Shown here: positions 27,222 to 37,633 of the stretch, in pieces
How positions within the stretch are numbered: position 1 is the first letter of the stretch
Layout: each line of letters opens with the position of its first letter
Origin: Octopus sinensis
Lineage: Eukaryota
Direction: 5' to 3'
Assembly: GCF_006345805.1 (NCBI RefSeq)
Contig: NC_043012.1
Location: 45,694,001-45,758,000 of the forward strand
Length of the DNA stretch: 64,000 nt
Made by a program: the position numbers and the translations under genes
Notes under the pieces: generated by a model
What the model saw: the letters and a program-made list of their open reading frames with translations, nothing else
Databases searched by the model: none
Told to the model about the DNA's origin: nothing

Positions 27222-30200
27222 AGCTAAGTTGATTCATCTGGGACACCTGACAAAAAGAGATCCAGTTTTATTTTAAAGACATCTGCACCCACCCCATGCA
27301 GGTCTCTCAGGTTCTTCGGGAGGATACTGAAGAGCTGTGGGCCGCTGAAGCCCAGGTTATCACAGTATCTTGTCCTACATCTTGATGGCAAATTTGGAGT
27401 CCTTGGCACCATGCAGTGGCGCCCAGTTCTAGCATTTTTGTAATTCTCGACGCCAAAGTTTGGGACAAGTCCTTCTTGGATCTTCCAGATGTATATTATG
27501 GCATATCTTTCTCGCTTACGCTCTAAGGAATAGAGTCTTAATCTCTTGAGTCTTTCCCAGTAGCTTATATGCTGCACAGAGGCTATCTTCTTCGTGTAGC
27601 TTCGTTGGATCGCCTCAAGTTCTGTGATCAACTTGACACTGGATGGTGACCATAGCTGAGAGCAATAGTCAAAGTGGCTTAGGACAAGTGTCCTCCAGAG
27701 GACCATCATGGTTTCTTGGTCTCTTGTTCTAAAGGTTCTAAGAATCCATCCGGTCAGCCGCCTACATTTCATTGCCAATTTAGCAACATGCACATGAAAG
27801 GTTGCATCATCACTCATGTAAATACCCAGGTCTCGCACTGATTGTGCCTCTGGGATTGCAATCCCTCCAGGTCCAGTGTATTCATTGAGTATTGCATTTA
27901 GTTTTGCATGCTAATAGCATAAAGCTTGAAACTTTTCAGTTTTGAACTGCATGCTATTCTTTTCAGCCCACTTGTATATTTTGTCCAGCTCACATTGCAG
28001 GTGCTTAGTGTCTTCAGGGTTCTGTATTGCCTGTGAAACTTTTGTATCATCTGCATAACTTGTGATCGTGGCTCTCTGCGTGGCTGAGGGCATGTCTGAG
28101 AGGGCCATTATGAACAGTAGTGGTCCCAAAACGGTGCCCTGCGGAACACCGCTCACTATTTGCGTGTTAATTGGCTACTACCACCTGACTTCTATCCTTC
28201 AGAAAGTCATGAAGCCATTCTCCCAATTTTCCAACTATGCCAAGATCACGCAGTTTGTGACATATCATTCCATGATCGACTTTATCAAAGGCCTTTGCAA
28301 AGTCGAGATATATCACTTCCACATTTGAGCACCCAGTCATAGTGTTGTAGGAGCTGAGTTAAGCAGCTTCTTCCTGGTCGGAAAGCATTTTGGGTGTCAG
28401 GCAGCAAGTAAATTTTCTTCAAGGAAGGTGATTAGTTTCCTTCTGACTATTCGTTCCATGACCTTGCTGATGTGTGAGGTCAGTGAGATAGGTCTGTAGT
28501 TCTTGGCCTCCGCTCTGCTACCTCCTTGATGAATAGGGCATATTTTACCTTCCATCAGTTTTCTTGGAAGTTTGCCAGTTGCAAGGAAGCTCTGAAAGAG
28601 GAACTGCAGTGGTCTTGCTAGGACTCTCTTACATACTTTTAGAAGGATTGCTGGGAATCCATCGGGGTCAGTAGCTGAGTTTGTTTTCATTTCATCTATA
28701 GCCTGTATTACATCGTCTTCCTTTATATTGGTGTAATCAATCATCGCTTCCTCTGATTTTATATCTGCAATGGTAAAGAAGTCAGTTGGATTGCTGACTT
28801 GAAAATGCCCTAGGGGTGGAGTGAAAATACTCTTCAATTGCTCATTTAGTATTTCATTTATCCTCATTGGATTTCCTGTGAGTGTGCCATCCTTTTCAAG
28901 GAGTGGCCCTATCCTACAGTGCACCGTAGTTGTTTCTTTGGCATACATGTAGAAAGCTCTGGGGTTAGATTTTATGTTGTCTATAGCCCAGGCTTCTTTG
29001 TCTGCTCTTTCTTTTTCATGGGAGAGTTGCAGACATTTTTCAATTTCCAACAGTTTTATTTTCAGGCGGGACTTTTCACTGCTTTCAATTTGTTTGTTTA
29101 GGCGATTTGTAACTTTTGTACGCCGTCTCATTAGAATTTTCCTCTCTCTTGGGATTTTATTCTTGTGTACAGTGGCCTTTCTCTCTGGGACACATTTGTA
29201 GCACATGGCTTGCATTACAGACATGAATTGTTGAAGTTTCATGTCGATGTCTGGCAAGGAGAGACATTCAGGCTAGTTTTGTTTGAGGATCTCTTTCTCA
29301 ATTTGTTTTCAGTTTGCCTTATGGAAGTTCAAGCTGGAAAGATTCTGAGAGTTTCTTGTAGGCTGCATGTCTATGCCTTCCTTTGGCCCGTACATGGTCA
29401 GCTCTACCATGTTGTGATCCGTGAGTAGTGTCGGTGTCACTTTCACATTATGGATGAGATCCATATTATTTGTGAAGCAGAGATCCAGTATGTTACCTGC
29501 CCTGGTTGGCTGGAGTATTACTTGCTCCATGTACAGAGTGTTGATGAGGTTCAGGAGGGACCACGCCTGTCCTCATTCACATCGTGACATTCCTGGGATA
29601 GAAAGGCACTCGGGCCATCTGACATTGGGTAGATTGAAGTCTCCCATAAGAAGTACACTTATGTGTTGTTCTAATGTGACTAGAACTTCTTGGGGCATCT
29701 GGAGGGCGATATGTAGCACATATAACCACACCAAGTTGCCTTATATGTACAATTAGTGTGTCACACACCGAATTTGAGTATGACAAAAGGACCTGGGGTG
29801 TAAGGTCCTCGCGGATGTACATAGCAACTCCTACATGACTCCTTTCTTTTCTGTCGGTCCGTAGTACAACATACAGTTGTATGTGTATTTCCGCATCTGC
29901 TATGTCCGGTTTCAGGTGTGTTTCCGTAAGCGCTATGCATAAGGCTTGATTGCATGCAACAAAGTCTCTCACGAACGGGGTTTTTGTCTTGTTACTGAGT
30001 GTTAGCAGTCCTCTGATGTTCAGTAGGAGCATCGATGTGATGTGTATGCTGTTGCCGGCGGTGTCCACCTTGGGTCTATTTGCTGTGGCGATCTTGTGTA
30101 TTGTGGATAGTCCCATCTGCGAAATTGAGTTTGATGGAGCCAGGTTAGCTGCTGTACAAACTTTTGTGCCATGCACAAAAAAGATTCTTGTTCAGAGCCG

Positions 30201-31330
30201 CCCTTTCAATAACATATTAGCGGTTTGTAGCACGCACCACATCTGCGTACCTTCGTTTTGATGCAGGTGGGGCGTGGTCTGACCTGTTTCAGGTTTATGT
30301 GGCGGGGTCTTTGGTGTGCAAAACGGCAGTCTGCACCTTCCTCTCCATGCCAGCAGACACCTTTCAGGTAGAATTTATACATCCGTGTGCACTGTCTCTT
30401 TATATCCTTTTTGGTACCTTGAAAGTCAGGTTTGCTTCTATCCTTGGCTGTTTCATCTTTTGGTTTTGTTTGAGTTTTAGTTTTTCCTTCTTTGGCTGTT
30501 TCATCTTTTGTTTTTCTTTTAGTTTTTCCTCCTTTTACTTCCTTTTTAGCTCTTTCATCTCCATAGTTTTGGCTTTTGGTGCTGGTAGGGGTACTTACAC
30601 TTGGGTTTACTTCCCGGGCAGGTTTCTCACTTGAATCTTCTTTGTTGTTGTCCTGGGTGTCTACCAAGTGGAGGTGACATCTTTCATCAGCACCCGTGCC
30701 TCCATCCTTGCTATCTTTGCTTTGTTCGTTGTCAAAGATTGCATCAAGCGTGCCGGTGTGAGATCTCATGAGTGCATAGGAGCGTATAAACTCCTGCTTC
30801 TTTCGCTCTATCTGCGCTATTGTCCTTGTATATCCACTGCTCTTCAACGCAGCTGTAATTATGTTGTTCGGATTATCTCCGTCGTCGCATTGGCAGGCTC
30901 TCGGAAACAACGCCAATTCGGTACTCCTCCAGGTTCTGGACATTTTTGGATATTTTATTTATTTATCTATCTAATTATATTTAATAGTGTGATAGAGGGT
31001 AGAGAAGAAATAGAGAAAGAAAGTGTCTATGTATTTAGAGAGATTGAGAGCTGAGAGAAGATAAGAAGAGAGTAGGAGAGAGTGAGAGGAGAAAGTTTGC
31101 GTCTATATATTTAGAAAAATTGAGAGGCTGAGAGAGGAAATAATATTACAGCTTTTTCTTTTTAATGTTATAATTTTAAAAACAGTTCGCAAGGAAGTAG
31201 GAATAAGCTCCGTGGAGTGGGAAAAGGTTATGAAATAAAACATTTGTGCGAATGAAAGTAAAAAAAATATTTGTATAAATAAAAACACGGATGCTATATC
31301 GGATAAGAGAAAGAAATAGAAGACTAGAAA
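27222..31330 (-). mobile_element. Near full-length CR1/L2-group LINE with ORF1 and broken ORF2 (EN+RT); 5' boundary approximate
   Basis: ORF1 30206-30943; EN LLNIRGL..ALTETHL..DRK.R..GVA.Y (29577-30176), GDFNLP, ILDLCFTNN; RT YRPISLTS, SGVPQGTVLGPLLF, YADDTK, YSLERKRERY. Multiple frameshifts and stops. Related to, but diverged from, the 325-1520 copy. Confidence 0.93.
30206..30943 (-). pseudogene. LINE ORF1: putative Myb/SANT-like N-terminus plus CCCH zinc finger
   Basis: W..TEL.LF...ITAALKSSGYTRTIAQIERKKQEFIRSY, then a Lys-rich linker, then YKFYLKGVCWHGEEGADCRFAH. Confidence 0.6.
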
Positions 31331-31408
31331 AAGTGTGTCTTCCGCTTTGATTTATGTTATATTTTGCTCATATGAAGCACTAATTAGATGCGCTGCAGCA
31401 AAGGTTTA

Positions 31409-31930
31409 CCGTAAATCTTCGAGTATAATCCGCCCTTGAGTATAATACGCAGGGGATTTTTAGGGTGACTGTACCGCTGAAAAACTTAAACCTTGTGTAT
31501 AATACGCACCCCTTCTCTAACCTGAGTCAAGGAGGTCTATATAACGTCCTTGGCTTGTAAAAATGTTTTCGGTAACATCCTTTATTATTATTGTATATAT
31601 AACATAATGCAAACGTGTAGCTTTTTTGTACATTTTGTTTGCAGAAAATATAGAAGTAACAGTAATAATAGTAAGAACGTTTAATAAATGTTGCTTCCTG
31701 CAAGTTATAGATGATTATTTTATGACTTCATTGCTTTCAGGCTTAGCTTAAGGTATTTTCGTGCCCGACATCAAAAAGCGCGTCTGAATAAGCATTGCCG
31801 GTGAGCAAATAGAGACTCGGACATTGCTTAGAAAATATTTTTCATATTTAACCTCGTATATATCACTGACTAGGGATTTTGACCATTACGTTTTGGGAAA
31901 AAAATGCGGATTATACTTGAGGATTTACGG
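31409..31930. mobile_element. Tc1/mariner-type MITE (522 bp)
   Basis: TIRs CCGTAAATCTTCGAGTATAATCCGC / GCGGATTATACTTGAGGATTTACGG (23/25 match) flanked by TA on both sides (31407-31408, 31931-31932). Confidence 0.88.
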
Positions 31931-31987
<57 letters not shown>

Positions 31988-32544
31988 AATTCTTCTTCTC
32001 TAAACCCAAAAAACATTTGACCATTCTCATTAAACACACACACTCTCACAATGATAGAAAGAAATATAATTTATGGTCTACCTCCCCGCCACTATACACT
32101 CAATAACACTATGAAATGGTCAAAACTGAAATTATTTTTCCCCGAGATCTTATACCCCCCCTTGGAGTAAGCATCCTGTCCAGCAGAGCAAAAACATTAT
32201 TTTCTTCTTCCCCGTCACTTCCCCTCTTTTTCTTTAGCACTCATTCCAAACGCAAAAACACACACACACACGCACACACACACACACACACACATACACA
32301 CATGCTCTCTCTCTCACTTTCTGCTCATCCATCACCCGCTTGTACTGTCTTATATTCCTCCCTACCACTACAAACTCAATACCACTATAAAATGGTCAAA
32401 ACTTTTAACACAGGAACTTAGTTCGATTTGAAAACACCACTAGAATGGGAGAAAGCGCTAATACATGATCTAAGTTATATGATGTATAAAAAATGTAATA
32501 TACAAATAAATATCTGTAAATATTCGATTTCCTGAGTACCTCGT

Positions 32545-32552
32545 TTCTTCTA

Positions 32553-32593
<41 letters not shown>

Positions 32594-32743
32594 GTATATA
32601 TATATATATATATATGTTATATATATATATATATATATAGATATATATATATATATGTAATATATATATATATATATTATATATATATATATATATGTAT
32701 TATATATATATATATGTATATAATATATATATGTATATATATA

Positions 32744-32781
<38 letters not shown>

Positions 32782-32821
32782 TGTATATATATATATATAT
32801 GTTATATATATATATATATGG

Positions 32822-32856
<35 letters not shown>

Positions 32857-32859
32857 TGT

Positions 32860-32892
<33 letters not shown>

Positions 32893-32999
32893 GTATATAT
32901 ATATTATGTATATATATATATATATATTATATGTATATATATATATATATATATAATATATATATATATGTATATATATATGTATATATATATATATAT

Positions 33000-33039
<40 letters not shown>

Positions 33040-33040
33040 G
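32545..33040. repeat. Long imperfect (TA)n microsatellite
   Basis: Direct inspection. Confidence 0.95.
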
Positions 33041-33915
33041 TACATACACGTTTACCAATTTGTGTTGCAATATTTTTGATGTGCGATCGGGTGTTGAAGC
33101 ATGTATTTCGGGATGGTAACTTTTTTTTGACAAATAAACACACGCCCTGTTTATTTGTTCTTCACTACTTTATTACTGTTCTTATTTTCTTATAACTCAC
33201 GTCCATTGTTCGGAAATCTTTCGTCACCACACTGTTTATCTCTTCTGCGACACTTTTCGTTTTCGTTTGCGCTCTTGCTTCACTTACTTTATTTTGCTAG
33301 TCTACGATGTGTATCCTTATGTGAGCATGTATCTGCGTCCGTATTTGTGTGTCTGTGTATGTATGTGTGTTTGTTTGTGTGTGTGTATGCTTGTGTGTTT
33401 GTCATTGTTCTTAGTAGCAGTATCGCCTTACCCTCAGCTCCATCCCCTGACCCCATTGTGCTGCTGCTGTCCTAAGACCCAAATATTTGGCACAGTTCCT
33501 GTATGTCTCTGTGTTTGTGTGTTCGTGCACGGTGTTGCCATCGTGGTAGCAGTTGTTGTTATTACCATTGTTGTTACCGTCGCTGCTGCTGTCGTTATTC
33601 GTGTTGCTGATAATGTTTTGGCCGTCCGAGAGATTTCTTGTGTGTATGGGTTTGCTTCGTATGTTGTTTGTATCCATGCCCTTTATATGCATTTACTTAT
33701 TTATCTATTTTATCCATCTCTATTTCTTATATTTCTAACAGGTATGTGACAAATATATTCATTTGTTTATTTATTTATCCCATTATATATTTATTTATTT
33801 TTATTTTATTGATCTCTCTTTTTTATACGTATCACAGGTAAGTGCATATATGTCTATTGTGTATGCATCTGTGTATTATTTACGATTTTTCCATTCCCCT
33901 CCATTCTGTTTTTAG

Positions 33916-34485
33916 TCAGGTATCCCCACAAGAAAATAATCCGGGCTAGTCAAGTCTGGGGAACCTGAAGGTCATTCAAAGTAGACCTCGCAGATGGTTT
34001 CAGCAAGATGGGGAAACTGCCTATACCGCAAGTGAAACAAGGCAAACAAGACAGTTTCTACGGCAGTGTTCTGGAGAGAGAATAATCTCCAGCTACAGCA
34101 ATGTCAATTGGCCTTTACGTTCCCCAGACTTGACTAGCCTGGATTTTTCATGTAGGGATTCCTGAAAGATTGGGTTTACGTCAACAAACCGGAGTCCCTG
34201 GTGCAAGTGAACGAGAACAATAATACAGAAATTAGAGTGGGGTCTGAAACTCTTGAGAATGTTATGGGGCAAATTTTGGAAATAGCACGGGCGTGCGAAG
34301 CCGAAAATGGCTACCTTTTAAGCGACGTCATTTTTCATATGTGATGTAGTGGTGTTGAAAAATTTGACTCGTACATATTAATTTCCATTATATCCTTTAT
34401 ATTTATGAAAATTTCATGCATTTATTGGTAAAGTTCAGGAAGTTATTAAAAGTTGGAACCCGTCAGTGACATTTGGGACATCCTG
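33916..34485 (+). mobile_element. Tc1/mariner (maT/rosa-like) transposase C-terminus and right end, with an upstream inverted copy of the SPDL segment
   Basis: FQQDG.TA.TA...NWPLRSPDLTSLDF..GFLKD.VYVNKP...; terminus GGGACATCCTG|TA at 34475-34487. Confidence 0.8.
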
Positions 34486-34653
34486 TATATGTGTAAGTTT
34501 TTGTATGCAAACACGAACATCTGTGTGCCTGTATATGCATGCGAGGGTAAGTATGTTTATATATGTGTATGTATGTGAGTGCGCGTACATATCCATATAT
34601 GTGAGCGTGTGTTATATACGTATCTATATGTATATGTAGATGTATATATGTGT

Positions 34654-34716
<63 letters not shown>

Positions 34717-34824
34717 CATGTATTAGAATTTTCTCTGATTTTTTTAGATTTTTGTATGCTAGGCTACTCGTTTTAAATTGATTTTAATTAAATTAATATT
34801 CAATTTATCTCCCTCATTATTTAA

Positions 34825-34879
<55 letters not shown>

Positions 34880-35169
34880 GCATGTATATATATATATGTA
34901 TGTGTATGTGAATGTATACATATATATGTATATGTTTGTGTGTGCGTGTGTATGTGTCCGAGCGTTGAATTTTAAAGGTCATCTATTTACAATCGCATAT
35001 GTAATCAACCATGAAGATGTAATCAGCAGTACAAAGAAATAAAATACCAATCCCTTTAAAACGGCAACCATTTTAACAGTACCAGTATCACCATCCCACT
35101 ACACCTACACGTTCATAGCGGCCCTTCAGCTACAACATACCCTGATAACCTCAGACACTATAGACAGAC

Positions 35170-35365
35170 TCAGTTCTTGAATCCAAGGATTTTAAACTTA
35201 CGGAGACAGTATATACATATCGCCTGAGGAAACACAACTAGATCTCATAGCGGAGGGAAACGGTTTCATCAAAAAGTAGCTGCACACCTGGAGAACTAAG
35301 CTGCGTGGAAACAATTGTAATGATTAAGAAATAAATGTCTAACCGTACCCCTTCTTGTTGAGTAC
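35170..35365 (+). repeat. Unclassified dispersed repeat (second copy at about 58430-58625)
   Basis: Shared blocks TTCTTGA..., ACATATCGCC...GGAAAC.CAACTAGATCTCATA, GTGGAAA.AATTGTA..GATTAA.AAATAAATGTC, CTTCTTGTTGA. Confidence 0.75.
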
Positions 35366-35373
35366 AATCATTT

Positions 35374-35412
<39 letters not shown>

Positions 35413-35499
35413 TATTAGAGACAAAACCACTATTTTGCAAAACAAACAAGGAAAGACTTAATCAATACATAAAATTTTAATAAATAGTCAAAAAAACCG

Positions 35500-35542
35500 C
35501 CACTACAATTGTTTCTTGTCTTGATCGACAATCTTCAGGTGG
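35500..35542 (-). ncRNA. Minimal type I hammerhead ribozyme
   Basis: Minus strand CCAC-CTGAAGA-TTGTC gatcaa GACAA-GAAA-C aatt GTA-GTGG; all core nucleotides and stems I-III present. Confidence 0.8.
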
Positions 35543-37590
35543 ACTTCCAATCTAAAATATCAATATTTTAAAATATAAAAATAATAATTTTAAATTTTTT
35601 TAAGTAGTGTTGGTTTGCCACGTGGATATAGTTTTTAGTTCCATTTATTCTATTTCTCCATTCATAATTTTAAATGACGTTTACTTTCCATGGCGCGTAT
35701 TCTTTTTTTACATAAGTTATATTTCTATGGTAACGTAATTTTGGTTTGATTTTTTTAACGGCTAAGAATTTAATTTCACTTCATAATTTGAAACTGACTT
35801 GTAAGTATGTATTTTATTTCTCCTTATGTCATTTTGTTATTTTTGATATTCTGGTTAATTACGATGTATTTAATGTTGTTTTTCATAGGAGTGTTTATGT
35901 ATATGAGATTGTGTGTGAGTTTTTAGTTGTATAATTTATTTATCTGTATGAGTGTGGGTGTGTAAATATTGTTGTATATATCGAGTTTAGTGTGTATGTA
36001 TATGCGTATATGTGAGGGAGTATATGTATCTGTTGTGTTTGTGTGTTTTGCGTGTGTGTGTGTTTGTGTGTGAATGTGTATATGGGTTTGTTATTTAGGT
36101 TTTGGGATGTATGTGTTAATTTGTCTGTGTGGGGAGGGAGTGGGTTTTTGGTGTATATTGAGGTTTATAAGTTAGTATAGGTATAAGTTAGTGTGAATGT
36201 TTAGGTTAGGGGGATTGCTATATAGGTTTGTTATAGAGTTTAGCAAAGGGAGATTTTATCGTTATATGTTTTTAAGAGTTTTGGTTTATCATGGTTTTTT
36301 TAGGGAATTCGTGGTAATTGTCTATTTTCGATGTTGGTTGTTTTATTACATTGTTTCATTCATAATTTTTGAGTGGTGTTCGTTTTGCCACGTGAATATT
36401 ATTTTTAATTCCATTTATTCCATTTCTCCATTCATTATTTTAAAAGATGTTCGTTTCCAGAGCGGTTATACTTTTTATACATATGGTAAGTTCCTTGGTA
36501 AAGTAATTTTGTTTGGTGTATATGTTGAGGCTTATATGTACTTGTGGGTGTGTGTGAGTGGGGTGGGTGTTTGTATTTGTTATGGGTGTGTGGTTTACGT
36601 GTGTGTATTTGTGTGTGAATGTATAGGTTAAAGGGATTGCTATATAAGTATGTTATAGTGTTTAGTAAAGGGAGGTTTTATCATTTATGTTTTGTGAGTT
36701 TTAGCTTATCATGGTAGTTTTATAAAAGAATCCATTCATAATTTTTGTGTTTATTTGTCTGTGTGGGGTTGAGTGGGTTTTTGGAGTATATGTTGAGGTT
36801 TATATGTATGTATAGGTATGTGTAAGTGGTGTGGGTATTTGTATATGTCGTGGGTGTGTGGTTTACGTGTGTGTATTTGTGTGTGAATGTTTAGGTTAGG
36901 GGGATTGCTATATAGGTATGTTATAGAGTTTAGTAAAGGGAGATTTTATCATTATATGTTTTTATGAGTTTTGGTTTATCATGGTAGGTTTGTTAAGGAA
37001 TTCGTAGTAATTTGTGTCTATTTGCGATGTCTGTTGTTTTATTGCATTGTTTCATTCATAATTTTTAAGTAGTGTTCGTTTTACCAAGTGAATATAATTT
37101 TTAATTCCATTTATTCCATTTCTCCGTTCATAATTTTAAGTGATGTCCGTTTTCTAGAGCGTGAATGTGGGTTGTATGTGTGTGTGTGTGGGAGTATGAA
37201 TAAGTATTGTGTTGAAGTATTTAGCTATTTTATTTATTTATAGTTGCCTAGACGTTTTTATGTGTATGTATAGGGATATATATAGGTGTGTGATTTAGTG
37301 TATGTAGTTAGATATGGTTATATATAATTAGGTATATGTGTATGGGTGTATATATAGTTTATTATTATATTATTATTATTTTTTTGCTTTGTTTTATATT
37401 TTATATTTTATATTTTATATTTAATTGTTGATAGGTTTATTTTAGTTTATATATTGTTTATATATTGATTATATATGGATTATATATAGGTTATATATGG
37501 ATTATATATTTATATTTTTTCATTCATACTTTAATTATTTTAAAATTATTATTTTTATATTTTAAAATATTGATATTTTAGATTGGAAGT

Positions 37591-37633
37591 CCACCTGAAG
37601 ATTGTCGATCAAGACAAGAAACAATTGTAGTGG
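37591..37633 (+). ncRNA. Minimal type I hammerhead ribozyme
   Basis: CCAC(37591-94)-CTGAAGA-TTGTC/GACAA stem II-GAAA(37618-21)-palindromic ACAATTGT stem III-GTA site (predicted cut after 37629)-GTGG. Confidence 0.8.

Noticed and set aside
32081-32403. Imperfect direct repeat of about 47 bp flanking a (CA)n tract (32081-32128 and 32358-32403)
   Set aside because: Only two diverged units, too long for a TSD; a local duplication with no functional signal, and not CRISPR-like.
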